Shown here: positions 12,847 to 26,799 of the stretch, one piece after another | Layout of the letters: each line of letters begins with the position of its first letter | Numbering within the stretch: the first letter of the stretch is position 1 | Source of the DNA: Eledone cirrhosa | Taxonomy: Eukaryota | DNA: 64,000 bases | Direction: 5' to 3' | Assembly (NCBI GenBank): GCA_964016885.1 | Contig: OZ024743.1 | Coordinates: 94,674,001 to 94,738,000, forward strand | Program-made: the position numbers and the translations under genes | Notes under the pieces: generated by a model | Databases searched by the model: none | What the model saw: only the letters and a program-made list of their open reading frames with translations | Told to the model about the DNA's origin: nothing

Positions 12847-13962
12847 TTTTACGTTCGCTTTTCCCTGCTTGCAAGGATGAGACGGGTCCTCTTCAGCACA
12901 GAATCTCTCCATTCGTCATGGTTCCCAGTCATCTCTGTGAGCTTCAGCGATCTGAGGTCAGCTCTCACCACCTCCGCCCATGTTTTTCGTGGTCTTCCTC
13001 TACTGCGACTTCCTTCCACCGGGATTTCTTGGTACTTCTCCACCCAGCCGTCACCCTTCATGCGCATTTGTCCCACGCACTACAGTTTATCCCTCTTATA
13101 CTGTTTCACTCTCAACCCGTCTATGCTTCATCGTACGCGCACATTGACATTGTATATCCATTGGAGCATGCTTGCTTCATTTCTCTCCAGCCGTCGCATA
13201 TCCTCCGCATTTGCTGCCCATGTTTCACTACCATGCAGCATCGCTCATCTCACACAGGCATCATATGACCGACCTTTCGTTCGTAGGGCGAAACACTTCG
13301 TTGTCAACAGAGGAGGCAGCTCTCTAAACTCCTTCCATCCTGTCCTTATTCTAGATATTATGACCTCGGAGCATCCTCCTCGCTTGCTAATATGATCACC
13401 TAGGTATCGGAAGCTATCAACTACCTCTATAGGTCCTACTTGCATTTGAAAAATGTGCCTATCACTGACACTTCTACTATCAATTTTCCCTGAACATCCA
13501 CTACATATGAGGTTTTCCTTTCCTGTTAGTTTGCCTGCTATCCCACTACACCTATTGTGTATCCAAAATCTGCATTGTGTACATTCTATAGAGTTTATAT
13601 CCAACTCCTCTATATACAGTATATGGTCATTTCCCTGATGGAATCAGACTTTTGTCCTCTTTCCTACTTATCAACACTTTAGTCTTTGCTAGGTTCACTC
13701 TCAGTCCTCTTGATTCCAACTGCTGTTTCCTTAGCCATAATTTATTCTCTAGCTCCTCTGCTGTTTCTGCTATACCAGATCGTCAGAATAGAGAAGTTCC
13801 CATGGGCAGCCAGTATTAAACTCCTCTGTTATGGCTTGGAGAACTAAAATGAATAAAAGTGGGCTGAGGACTGAACACTGATGTACTCCTACTTGTGTCT
13901 GGAATTCCTCACTAAACTCCATTCTTACTCTCACTTTACTAACAGATCCTCTCTACAGAGCT
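12846..13962 (-). mobile_element. 5'-truncated RTE/RTE-X-like LINE fragment with an internal PHD-like Zn finger; copy at ~43562-44681
   Basis: SIECTQCRFWIHNRCSG...CSGC, VDSFRYLGD, GRPRKTW..VV..DL; (TGA)n tail next to a (TA)n microsatellite. Confidence 0.8.
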
Positions 13963-13964
13963 TA

Positions 13965-14141
13965 AGGGAACAAAGAATCAGTGTTGCATCATATACATAT
14001 TTATTTACATATTACATGTGTTACACTGTTGATCAGCTCGAGGAACGATCGATTAATGTTCGATCCTGACTCTGGAATCGTAAAGCTCCACAGATATGTT
14101 TAAACATGTAGACTGGCGTCAACACTGATTCTTTGTTCCCT
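13965..14141. mobile_element. 177-bp MITE with 22-bp perfect TIRs and TA TSD; copy at 44684-44860
   Basis: ta|agggaacaaagaatcagtgttg ... caacactgattctttgttccct|ta. Confidence 0.8.
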
Positions 14142-14207
14142 TATATATTATTATTATTATTGATACTCTGCTCTCCACCATATATATATATATATAAATA
14201 TAAATAA

Positions 14208-14355
<148 letters not shown>

Positions 14356-14618
14356 GGAAAAAATGAAACGATATTTCATTTCCCACTCTTAGTACGGCTG
14401 TTACTTAAATATAAGTATGTACACGTACATACATATTTGTATACAGACGTACAGTAGTTTGTATATATATATATACATACATGCACACATATATATATGC
14501 ACGTATGGATTCACCGAACATTTATTACAATGCTCGGTGTGTTTGTGAACAAACATCCCGTATTAAGCCGTAGTGTCTAGCAACCACCGTTGCTCGTTTG
14601 TTCAACACTGACAAAGGA

Positions 14619-14661
14619 ACGCTGTACTAGTTTCAAGCTTGTTAGCTATCGTCAGCAACGT
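14619..14661 (-). ncRNA. Minimal type I hammerhead ribozyme (retrozyme unit 1)
   Basis: ACGUUG-CUGACGA-u-AGCU(aaca)AGCU-u-GAAA-CUAG-UA/CAGCGU: 6-bp stem I, palindromic stem III ACUAGU, GUA cleavage triplet. Confidence 0.85.
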
Positions 14662-15042
14662 ATACCTTCCTGCCAGATTGTTGAACGTATATACTTACAT
14701 TATGCATATTAACGACTGAGTAGCCCAATTTGCATATCGAGTGGGTTAATCGGCCGGGTGCACCGAAAACGATAAACGGAAAAAATGAAACGATATTTCA
14801 TTTCCCACTCTTAGTACGACTGGTACTTAAATATAAGTATATACACGTACATACATACATGTATACAGACGTACAGTAGTATGTATATATATATACATAC
14901 ATGCACACATATATATATATATGCACGTATGGATTCACCGAACATTTATTACAATGCTCGGTGTGCTTGTAAACACGCATCCCGTATTAAGCCGTAGTGT
15001 CTAGCAACCACCGTTGCTCGTTTGTTCAACACTGACAAAGGA

Positions 15043-15085
15043 ACGCTGTACTAGTTTCAAGCTTGTTAGCTATCGTCAGCAACGT
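15043..15085 (-). ncRNA. Minimal type I hammerhead ribozyme (retrozyme unit 2)
   Basis: Identical to 14619-14661, 424 nt away. Confidence 0.85.
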
Positions 15086-16512
15086 ATACCTTCCTGCCAG
15101 ATTGTTGAACGTATATACTTACATTATGCATATTAACGGCTGAGTAGCCCAATTTGCATATCGAGTGGGTTAATCAGCCGGGTGCACCGAAAACGATAAA
15201 CGGAAAAAATGAAACGATATTTCATTTCTCACTCTTAGTACGGCTGTTACTAAAATATAAGTATGTACACGTACATACATATATGTATACAGACGTACAG
15301 TAGTATGTATACATAAATATATATATATATATATAATTGTTTCTACTTTAGGCACAAGGAGAGCAAATACCCAGTACATTACTGGTACTTTATTTTATCG
15401 ACCCCGTAAGGATGAAAGGCAAACTTAACCTCGGTGGGATTTGAACTTAGACTGTAAAGGGACGTAACTATGCTAGAAAGCATGGCGTCCAACCCTCTAT
15501 AATGACGGATAGTCCTGGCTTCTTACTCTATTTTTTAATTCATATGTATCACATCTGCAACAACGCATCACGCCATTTTCATCCCTATATGTTTTCCCTC
15601 CGCTGTGACCTGTCTCTTTCTCTTCCCTTACTGCTATCCTCTTTCTCTCTCCGCCTTCTCTCTCCTTCTACCTCTTACTTTCATTCACCCCCTCTGCTAG
15701 TCACCCTTTCTCGGCTAGCCTCTTCCTCACACTTCCACTCACTCACTCTCTGCTACTCACCCTCTCTCACTCCCACTCGTCTGACCAATGTGAAATTCTT
15801 TTCTCGCTCACATTTCGCATGGTTCGGATGCATCTTTCGGCTTTCTCGTCTATGATTCGCCAGATCTTATGTTCACTTGCATCACTGACTTGATTTTCCA
15901 CCCTTTACGTTGCCTTACCATTCTTGGTTGTTTACATGTCTCTCTTTTTCTACCCAATTCTTTTTATCCCAATAACTTTATTTAGTTATTGCTCGCGCTG
16001 GCCTGAGGTATATGATCTTTAATGCGAAGAAATACCTATGATGGCCAGAAGATCACTGATGACGGATAGGCCTGGCTTCTTACTCTATTTTTTAATTCAT
16101 ATATATATATATATATTAGGTTATGCAAGATATGCTTAGGATTATCCTGAATGCAGTAATGGTTAATTACTGCACTAGATAGAATCGACGTACGGTGAGG
16201 GGTTATTCAACGAGTTATGAAAGAACAGTTAAAGAAACTCGGTTTTCGATTCTTCCGATAAAGAATGATTAATAAAACAGGTAGACATCATAAAAAGGTA
16301 ATTTATTCCGAGTACTTACAAATGTTTCTTTAGTAGTTACACAGCCTAGTGATGCTGCGTGCAAATTGTAGTTATTTATTTGCAGGTACCCAATTTTCAA
16401 ATGCTGTTCATCCTACCAAGTCTCAGAGCAAATGGCTAAATTGTAAATTCCCTGGTATTTCCTAAAGGGAGTTATTGGGGAAGATAGAGTAGAAAAGGAA
16501 GAGAGAAAGAAG

Positions 16513-16582
<70 letters not shown>

Positions 16583-17046
16583 TAGCGGTCGGGGAAATGG
16601 GAGAGAGTGGTTTGAAGAATACAGATAGCTTAATCTAAATGTGATAGGGGTCCAACAAATGGTTTTATTATACTGCTTACTCTCAAAGTGACAACTTAGG
16701 CATTGTGTTGATATTGTCAAGTTTAGAATTATTTATTGCCACAGAGAGCAGGTTAGTAGATGTAGAGTAGGGGGGATATAGACAGAGGGCGAGAGAGAGA
16801 GAGAGAAAGGGAGGAGAGAAAGAGAAAGAGAGAGGGGGGACAGAAAAAAGCTAAGAGAAGGGGAAGGAAAGGCGATATACACCGAGTTGGTAGTTGCATT
16901 TTGCTGATCGCACTTAAGTATCCATTTATTACGATAAGCAAGCTACTGGCTTAGAGTGTGTGTGTGTGGGGTGGGGTATAGTTGGGAAGTATTATTGAGT
17001 GAAATTAGTTAGCGAGAAAGTGGTGTAGTAGTCTCGGGTTCATATG

Positions 17047-17740
17047 TTAAGTTATTTTATAGTGAGAAAATTTAGCCTTCAGTTTGTGGTTGCAGTATAA
17101 CGATCGTTCGATTCTGTCATTTAGTAAGTTGTTTTTAGATTTCAAGATATAAAAGAGTTCAAGGTTGCATAATATGCAGTACTTTAATCCACTCCGATAT
17201 GCACTAGCATTGGATAATTTATCCCATTTTAAGGTGAACTGCCGGATGTATTCACGGAGTTGTCAGGTCTTATTAACGAGTGTAGTTACATAACGGTGTT
17301 CAGGATGTTTAATCGAAAATCAATGACGATTCCAGCGTGATTTAAAGGAGATACTGGTAGACCCGATTAATACCATTTCTGGTCGTTTGATTCGACAGTG
17401 CGTTGGACTCTAGGCATTTATTCTTCAATGGGCATCTCTCGGGTAGGTGGCAATTGCAGTTTTTGTTATGGGTAACAGCTGTACCATGGATAGGTTGGGA
17501 TAACAGTTCAGGTGGGTTGTGTAATACCCGTCTCCCATTTGGTGGAAGGGAGGTTGATATTACGTTATGCCCATCTGTTTCTAAAATATTTTGTTTTGTA
17601 GTTTTGTTTAATAATCGCTTTAAGTTAAGTTTTTTTTTATGTATGCTTCTAGGTTTGGTGCAGTGGAGTGTGATAGCTTAACAATCTTAGAGTGTCTTTT
17701 ATATCGGTAATCTAATTTATTCGGTCCTTAATGTTGCCAT
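17047..17740 (-). pseudogene. Degraded PLE GIY-YIG endonuclease region, Hydra-clade-like; copy at ~47305-47998
   Basis: Manual translation: KIVKLSHSTAPNL ... CNCHLPERCPLKNKCL ... VLIGSTSISFKSRWNRH* ... TLKWDKLSNASAYRSGLKYCILCNLELFYILK ... LLND ... CNHK. Contains stops and frameshifts; copy 2 reads CRLC. Confidence 0.75.
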
Positions 17741-18425
17741 TGACTGACCAACGGTCAAAAATAATACAGATACAATATAGACACAAACACATATATATAG
17801 TTTATCAAAGTTTTTTCGTTGCACATCTGCAACATCGTCAGTGGTGCTATTGTTTCCTCCCGTTGCATTGTATTTTCTAAACCCTCTTTATTTGGTCTGT
17901 TTATATATTTATTTATTTGTTTATTTTATTTTGTCTTCTTTGCGCATGCGTTTGCGTGTGTGTATAGTGTTTCGTTTGATGTGTGTTCGTGATTGGGTGA
18001 TTGTGTATTGGTTAATGTATTCTATCTTTACTAGTGTGTGTTTATATGTGTTTGGTGTTATTGTGCTTGTGTATGTATTAAACACACACTAGTAAAGATA
18101 GAATACATTAACCAGTACACAGTCACTCAATCACGAACACACACCAAACAAAACACTATACACACACGCAAACGCATGCGCAAAGAAGACAAAATAAAAT
18201 AAACAAATAAATAAATATATAAACAGACTAAATAAAGATGGTTTAGAAAATACAATGCAACGGGAGGAAACAATAGCACCACTGACGATGTTGCAGATGT
18301 GCAACGAAAGAACTTTGATAAACTATATATATGTGTTTGTGTCTATATTGTATTATTTTTGACCGTTGGTCAGTCAATGGCAACATTAAGGACCGAATAA
18401 ATTAGATTACCGATATAAAAGACAC
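17692..18425. repeat. Long inverted repeat (arms ~17692-18043 and ~18079-18425) = inverted PLE pseudo-LTRs
   Basis: gtgtcttttatatcggtaatc ... gattaccgatataaaagacac; near-perfect ~350-bp arms with a ~35-nt spacer. Confidence 0.92.
18278..18319 (+). ncRNA. Type I hammerhead-like motif in the inverted pLTR (mirror copy 17804-17845 on minus; paralogs 48536-48577 plus and 48062-48103 minus)
   Basis: ACCA-CUGACGA-u-GUUGC(agaugu)GCAAC-GAAA-GAAC-UU/UGAU. Core and stem II are intact; stem I is weak (one mismatch). Confidence 0.7.
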
Positions 18426-18514
18426 AGAAGCGAAAAGCGAAAACCAACCAAACAGTGAGTGTGTTCTGTTATTAATTCTGGCAATATTACACAAATATAA
18501 CCCTCCCCAAGTAT

Positions 18515-18629
<115 letters not shown>

Positions 18630-19726
18630 TGCAATGACTGAAGATATGCAATTACAATAAATTTAGTCCATTAGATTATTATTCTTATATCGTTAAACAA
18701 AAGTGTATTATCTGCATATGGCATCTGATTTGCTTGAATATAACCATAAGCATTAGTACAAGAAAAGACTATTTATTTCTATATTACCATTCTTTAGGAT
18801 GTTTTAGGATGGTGGATTTATAATCATGAAGTCGTGCTTTCACGTTTTGTTCTTGAGCAGGACGCTTCATTTCCAATTGCTCAAGTCCGCTCAGCTGAAA
18901 TATAAAAAAGAGTTGTATGCGTAATGACTGTAGATTAAATACTAGTCTGACGGGCAGGAATCACTCAAGTGTGGTTCTTATTGCCACAAGTGTGACCTTT
19001 TCTGTCTCATTGCTTTTGATTTTGCAGCCACGACGGTAGCTCTGGAATGATTATGTGGTTTTCAGAGCCTTATAATTTCATACTGATTCCTCTTGACACC
19101 TGGTCATCTCCTGTGACCTTTTCACACACATATATTGTGCTATAAAAGTCACAAGGAGTTAGGGGGTGTTAATACCACTGCAAATGCCCTCTAGTTGTCA
19201 CTCTTTTATTTCGCTGGTTCAGGTATTGTGGTATGAACCTATGCGTATATCTGTGGAGGACTAAAAGGGCTTGCTGCTTCCACTAATCCTCTTTGTTGAA
19301 AACCTGGCGGATGTTTTCATGTATTTTGATAGGATTGATGGAAACCAAATCCTTCCACACATCGTCTAGGACCTCCTGCAACTGTTCTTTTTAGGTAATG
19401 TGAAGCCTTTGAACGTTTAACAATACAGAGATATGTTACCCTCCTTTTTTGTTTTGGCTCTTGTAAGTGTTGCTCCGACATTTTAGATCATATCCGTTGC
19501 TAATATTTTTGGGAAAAGCACGAGTATGCCCCAATGACATTGTTTCTCACATTTTAAAATCTAAAATCTTTTGTCTCCTCTGAAGAAGGAATAATTCGCC
19601 TTTATTTTATAGAAACCTTTGAATACAATAAACATTTATTTCTTCTCCAGGAAATGAATGAGCAATTAAAACAGCTTTAATGTATTTTTTTAAATAAACA
19701 ATAATAAATAGGGACGAATGATTAAT

Positions 19727-19930
19727 AATTGTTTCTACTTTAGGCACAAGGCCAGCAAATACCCAGTGCATTACTGGTACTTTATTTTATCGACCCCGTA
19801 AGGATGAAAGGCAAAATCAACCTCGGCGGGATTTGAACTCAGATCGTAAAGGGACGTAACTATGCTGGAAAGCATGGCGTCCGACCCTCTACCTATACTG
19901 CCAATCCACCACCCTTTACTGCCAATCCGG
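19727..19930 (-). mobile_element. tRNA-derived SINE. Family also at ~11290-11430, 15336-15500, 20250-20380, 24684-24900, 25340-25530 (minus), 6520-6700 and 9120-9250 (plus), all repeated in unit 2.
   Basis: Same conserved core and B-box. Confidence 0.8.
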
Positions 19931-20204
19931 TAGTTTCTTATATACATTTAATGAACATATACATTTATATACATTTAAAGACACTGTGGAAACTATTGCG
20001 ATAGTCAAGTATTACGTTGGATATTTGCAGTAGTGAGAATTACGATACAAATACAATCAAGGGCATAAAAAACAAATATTGCCACATTTGTTTATATCTT
20101 TATATTCACACGGTCAAAGAAATAACTGTATAAAGTAGGCCTAATTAAAATATATCAAACAGAACACACCCAAAATAACATTACCCGTATAATAAATGCT
20201 GAAA

Positions 20205-20235
<31 letters not shown>

Positions 20236-20699
20236 GAACCCTCCAATATTGAACTAGTTCTTTATTTATTGACCTCAAAATGATGAAAGCAAAGTTAACC
20301 TCATCAGGATTTGAACTCAGAGCACAAAGTGTCGGAATGTGTGATGCAAAGCATTCTATTCGACGTTCAATTCACCGCGTTTAGTTGAACCGCTGATCAG
20401 CAAAGCGTTAATTGAAGATTTTCTCAGGAGGCTCAGGACGTATCATGGATAATTTGTGAGAAGGTATTTGAGTATCTTCTCCACGCGTGGATTCTGGAAA
20501 TATAAGTCTTGAGTAAAGTAAAAGCAATTAAAGGTACATACATCAAATTTAAATACAGTAGTACAACCCCATCATCTTGTGACAATAGGAATGTATTTGA
20601 GAGATCAGGGGAGGGCTGGTTGAACTGTAGCCAAGAGCCAACAATATTTTAAATAGCCCCAAACATAAATAAACGTTAACTTTATAGATTAATACAAAG

Positions 20700-21590
20700 T
20701 ACGCTTTTCTTAGCCATTAATTTTACTTCCTTTGCAACAACAGTTGCTACAGTTCCCTCGGTTTGTCCAGTCTAGATATTAGTCATGAGATCACTACCAA
20801 ATATTTTGCTCTCTTTCAAGATCGAATGAAACTTCTTACTCCTCTCATGTTTTTCAACGAGTTTCAACATCCAGTCGTTTGTTGCTCCAAGATATTTAGC
20901 CAGTCTAATTGTAGTAGTTTTGTAAGACAGTTCAAATTGCTTCGGACTCATTGAGTTCTGGGAAGGTAAAGACAATCCACATCTGCCTTTGAGTGCCAAT
21001 TCTCTTTATTTCACTGAAATTCCAGTTCAACACATTGAAGCGATAATTAACAACTGGAATTGTCATGTGCATTTAGCTCAGATTTCAGAACTGCTCGTTT
21101 TCTCCTATAACATTCTTTCCTTATATTCTCTTTCATGATTGCATGCTGAATGTCGGAGCCTTCATTTATACCTAGGTATTTATAGGTTTGTTTCTGCTCA
21201 AGTTCGTTTATAACTGCTCCAACACCCAATTCAACTTATCAAACCCAACATCCAGGCACATTTATCAAACCCAAATTCCATCTCGGTGTAATCACTGAAT
21301 ATTTTCACAGTACGTAAAAGGACTTCAAGCTCATCATTGTCTTCGCCATATAGTTTTAGCTAATCCATATACAATAAATGGCTTATTTTCCTGTCGTCAA
21401 TTTTATATCGATAATTTTTTCTGTTAAGTCCCATTGTAAGGGATATACAAATTATTAGAGGTGAAAGTGAGTCACCTTGGAAAATGCCACAGTCGATGCT
21501 AATATTGCTTGAAATAAGTACTCCATTAGAATTATATAACTGGAGATTCATGTTCCACAATAACATGTTGTTTCAGAAAGTTAGAAATTA
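20700..21590 (-). mobile_element. Degraded non-LTR RT fragment (R4/Dong-like); copy at ~50955-51845
   Basis: GIFQGDSLSPL, HLLYMD*LKLY, YKYLG. Confidence 0.75.
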
Positions 21591-21780
21591 TTGGAGAAAA
21601 CTGATGAGTAGATGGAGGGAAGTCATCGATAATGATGTGAATTATATAGAGGGCTAATTTTTAATAAAATGTGAAATTTGATGACTTGTTTTTCTGACCT
21701 AAATTTCGGACATTACTTATGGGATGACCTGATAAATGAGGGTAACGTCTTCTTCCTCTTTCTGTCACACACACACACAC

Positions 21781-21906
<126 letters not shown>

Positions 21907-22359
21907 CCTCTAAACAAATGACTTCTTTTTCTCTCTCTATTCGCTTGACGCCCTCGCTCTCTCTATATAGATTAGGGTGACGTCGCAACTTTCTGTCTAT
22001 CTACCTCTTTCTGTCACCTCGAAAGCACACAACGTTCGCTTTTCTATCTCTATATACATATCTCTCACTGGGCACTCCCCCTCTATATACACAGTGAGCG
22101 TGACGGACGGACCGACGAACAGACAGTGCTCTTATAATATAGATTGGGGAATTTTCTTTTCAATCTATTTTTTCAGAAATCATCATTATTATTGATTTCT
22201 TTATTAGCCACACAGGACTCACATTAAGAAAAAAATAAAGACAGTACAGGACGGTACAGTGTAGGGTTTTTTCGTGTAAAATAAAATTTATAACAGAGAC
22301 TAAAAAATAAACAATTAAATAATGAAACAACAAATTCCTCAAAAGTGGGGAGACCTCTG

Positions 22360-23700
22360 ACTGTCACTCGTAGAGAAAGCCCACAAAAAGCCTCGGTCAC
22401 CCTGACTGCTAGGGCAAGTGCCCTCTCCCAGCTGTCCTCCTTCAATCTACAGACGTATACTCAAGGCAGCCCATTTATTCGGACCATGATCGCCACTTAC
22501 ACCCACCTTTCAACAAACTGGTTGGAAGGAAGCATTTCTCTCTCCACCCTGATTTTCTCTTCAAGTGAAATCGGAAAAAGATAATCAGAGCTTCACCGAA
22601 GAGAAAAGTTCTGGTCTTCAACCCTTTCAAACGCGTCCACCACACAACCTCTTTTACCATAACCAGCAGGCAGATGAAAACTTTCCTCTAAAGGAAGGCG
22701 GGTGAGCGATCTACACAAAAGATTGTCGATAGTCGCATCCTTCCACACATGACAGCAGGTGTTCGACATAAACCCACTGGTCAGCAATACTCGAACACTC
22801 GATGGGTGCGTGCAGGACGATTTAGTCGTCCTGCGTGCATCTCAGAGAGGCCCGACTCACGGAACTTCCATTCCTGTAGGGTTTATTTCAAACTGGCAAA
22901 GCTCCACGGTAGCACTGGCAGGCCAGGGATTTCTGGAAGTTATCCATGAACCCTAGACCGAAAGTCCTCTGAAAAAGAGTGGCTAGTTTATTTTTCCTCA
23001 ACGCCCAGAATCACCCCGAGAACGTCGTCGCTCTTACCATCCACGACAACATCCACCTTATGCGATACATCATAGAAAGTGTGGCTAAGAAACCTGGCAC
23101 GAGTGGGGCCCTGATTAATTTAGATTAGTCGAAAGCTTCGATAGGGTCGACCATCGCTACTGCGCGGCAATCCTCAAAGTAGCTGACTTCGGACCCGTTT
23201 TCAGGGGCTGGATCGCTGTAATGTACTGCGACATATGCTCTGTGGTTAGAGTGAACGGTCACCTTACGGAATCGTTCAACATCATGCATTCGGTCCACCA
23301 AGGTTGTTCTCTTTCGTCACTTTTGTATGTATTGACTCTTGAGCCATTACTACACAAATTGAAGACGTCACAGGGTATCCTGCGCGAACTAGGATGTGGG
23401 AGATCTGTGTCAACATATGCCGACGACGTCATCGTAGTGGTGTCGAACACCAAACAAATCGAGTTGATCAGAATCACTCTCAAGGAGTAAGAAGCGGTAA
23501 CAGGAGCAAAAATGAACCAAGAAAGGTCGCTGGGTCTTTCTGTAGACTTGTCCCTGCAGCTCGGCATTTGCAGGGACAGGTCTACACCGTTTAACAGCAT
23601 CATTGGACGCTGGACGAACAGACAGGTTGAATTGTTTAGTGTTTGATTTGGTCCAGACCTCCCTATGAACAAAACTCGGGGCGAGGTAATGCCTATATAG
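22360..23700 (+). mobile_element. Degraded L1/Tx1-like LINE fragment; copy at ~52524-53864
   Basis: SVHQGCSLSSLLYVLTLEPLL...STYADDV. Confidence 0.75.
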
Positions 23701-24340
23701 TCGACTACTTTGAATTATGGACAACCTATACTAGACGTATCTATTTCTCTACAGAATATCTAGATACGATCTGGATGACCCGGTGCGGTTTGTCTGTCTT
23801 CACAATGGCACATTTGGGAAATCCAGTCAGTACCTGTCAGACAGCTGGAAGCGACTGAGTATGTTAGCGTGGTATTTACACCTCCTCCCCTATCTGCTAG
23901 TACCACACAGTCCCAGCCTGTATCCAAGATACCGTTCCAGTCCCCCATGACTCTAAAGAGCGGAATGCTCCTAGAAATGTTTCAATGCGCTTGAAGAAAT
24001 CAGACCGTCCTACTCATGTGGGGCTTAGACTGCCACAAGCCTGAAGACATACTCTTCATTGCTAGTCAGCACTACCAACGTATCTTCTAGATCTAGGAAT
24101 ATGATTTGTATCGCGAGATCCAGGCCTTTCCGAAACAACACAGCTTGGAGCTGCGTAAACTTCGTAGCCACCGAAAATGGATGTAAAAGTTGGTGCGTCG
24201 AAAATTCTGGTGTTGCTGATAACCACCACATCTGTATTTAGTGAACTGAGGTCGTTGAGCTGGTGACTCTGCTTCCAAGATGACCTCAGGCCACGTAGCT
24301 CCGTGCATTTACATGGCTTATCCTGAATGAAGTCATGTTC
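23700..24340 (-). mobile_element. L1/Tx1-like AP-endonuclease fragment, inverted relative to the adjacent RT fragment; copy at ~53864-54504
   Basis: FRLVAV, GDWNGILD, and an SRYLDRI-like C-terminal motif in pieces. Confidence 0.55.
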
Positions 24341-25038
24341 GATGAAGAGGAAGAAAAGTAGGAAAGGCAATCTGTCCAGCGATTCTTTCCTCATACATTC
24401 TAAACACATGCCCATACTATCGTAGCTGTGATCTCTGAATTGGAGAAGTAGCAGCTCTACCTGGAGTGACTCTCTCATCTCCGAGCTACACACTTTATCG
24501 AGTAACGTTACTCTAAAGACCCTTCGGAGGAACCTCATTTCGGTTATTGCTCAAGATTCATGGCCATAGATAAGGGTTGGCACGAATACCGTGAATATAT
24601 ATTATCCAATATCAATAATATCAATATAAATAGTATCAATATATGATTTAATATGAATATCAATATATTATCCAATACCAATAATTGTTTCTGATTTATG
24701 CACAAGGCTAACCATTTTGAGGGAGAGAAAGTCGATTAAATCGACCCCAGTGCGTTACTGGTACTTTATGTTATCGACCTCGTAAAGACAATCGTCAAAG
24801 CTAACCTCCGTGGGATTTGAAATCAGAACGTAAAGGGACGTAACTAAATGCTACAATGCATTTTGTCCGAATCTCTAGGGATTTTACCAATCCAGTGTCC
24901 TCTACTTTATAAAAAAAAAGACAAATACTTAACTCCTGAAATCTAATATCATGTAATAATGATATTTTAGTCCAAGGTTTGAATTTAAATTTGAATACTT
25001 TAATAAAGTCGGTATTTGGTGGGTTTGTGTTTTAGGGT

Positions 25039-25270
25039 TAACCCTTTTGATATCAACCCGCCTGAAACCGGCCATTGTTCTATGATACAAAACTACCTGT
25101 ATTAAAACCTTGCATTATAATTTTATTTAAGAACATTTTGTTAAATGATGTTCTAAATATCAGATTAATAATAAGAAGGTAAAATATTTTACTAAATTTC
25201 TTCATTTTTTAAAATTTCAAAATTAATTGAAATGCATTGGCAGCAACTTTCATGAGAAATATGGTAACTA
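25039..25270. mobile_element. piggyBac-like (TTAA-CCC) MITE remnant; a related inverted copy at ~7425-7647
   Basis: ttaacccttttgata at 25039 vs tatcaaaagggttaa ending at 7647, with shared internal sequence. Confidence 0.55.
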
Positions 25271-26631
25271 AATGCTACAATGTATTTTGTCCGGTGCTCT
25301 ACCAATTCTGCCAACCCACCGCCGTTTCAATATCAATAATTGTTTCTACTTTTGGCACAACGCAAGCAATTACCGCAGTGTATTATTTGTACTTTATTTT
25401 ATCGACCCCGTAAGGATGAAAGGCAAAGTCAACCTCCGCGGGATTTGAATTCAGACCATAAAGGGCCGTAACATTTTGCTGCAAAGCATGGCGTCCGACC
25501 CTCTACCGATACTGCCAATCCACCGCCGTTTCAATATCAATAATACCGCTATATCAACGCCGTCTGAAGAAGGATTATCCAGAAGACGCAGGATTATAAA
25601 TATATTTTATTATTTCATGCAAAGCCAAACATTTTAACAGACACTTTTGAGTGCACCAGATTCCCAGTAGAAACAGTAGAAAGCGGTTAACTTCACCCTA
25701 ACCGGTGGATCTTCAATCGAGCGTGGGTAGGTAAACGTGAGTGTTTCTATATTCATTTTTTTACTATAAAAATAATGGTGATGTATTATTTATTATGTGC
25801 TTCCGGAATAGCTATTTATTTGTTTGTTTGTTCATTTATTAATGTCCTTAGTTTTACACAACTTCTTGTTTGACGTATTTTTTCTTTAACGTTCATGAGC
25901 CACTAAATCCTGTTCCATATAACTGTTTTGTCTTTTTCGCCTATGCTCCTACGGTTTTTACACACACACCTCACTCGTTTTTAACACCTCATGTAATTGT
26001 ATGCATGAATTAAATTAATGACTAATTTACTTCTAGTTGAGGTTTGGATCAAATATTCAGCATGTCTTCAAAGGGAAGATGCATAAAAAAAAGAAAAAGC
26101 TATATTTTCTATAGTAAAACGGCACATGTTTCTAAATGTACTCTCATACTTCAATGTTTACATCAATAGTAAGTTGCTGAATATCCTCGTCAACTGGGAA
26201 TAATTACATTAATTTTCCCAAATTGTTGAATGATAGTCTCAATGGTCTGAGAAAATAAGAAAAAAAGAGTTAGTAGCTAGGTGTTAACTCTATTACGTGA
26301 TCAATTATCATTTAAATCCCCCAAAAGCCTTGTGTGGTATGTTTCCGAATAAAAACACAAATCACATGCCACTAAATGTGCTTTTTATGAATTTTCAAAT
26401 GTCACAAACACAAAGGTGTATTTTCAATGTTTCTTTTCATTACTCTGGCATAAATCTATAAATGTCTCACTTGATTCTTTTAATTTTAACTGACTCAGGG
26501 TTGTATATGAACGATAATTTTGTCATATGTTAATTTGAAACGCCTGTGACACGCAAGTTCAGCAACAAACAAAGATTCAGTGCCAAATGTCCTTTCTAAC
26601 TACTAAGATATAAAGATATATCATTTAATTA

Positions 26632-26799
26632 CTGTATTTCCCGGCGCTGAAGACGCTTCGTCTTCGAGAAGGCACCCTAATTTTGACAACCAAAAATTTG
26701 AAAAAAATAATATACAACCTTCGGCCTCCAGGACGCATGGTAGATTTTTGAGACTTACTTTAGGAAAAAAAGTACTGTCTTCGACGCCGGGAAGTACAG
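26632..26799. mobile_element. 168-bp Tc1/mariner(pogo)-type MITE with TA TSD; copy at 56793-56960
   Basis: ta|ctgtatttcccggcgctgaagac ... gtcttcgacgccgggaagtacag|ta. Confidence 0.8.

Noticed and set aside
25560-25595. CUGAAGA-a-GGA(uua)UCC-agaagac hammerhead-like motif
   Set aside because: GAAA is disrupted and there is no convincing stem I; at best a decayed relic.
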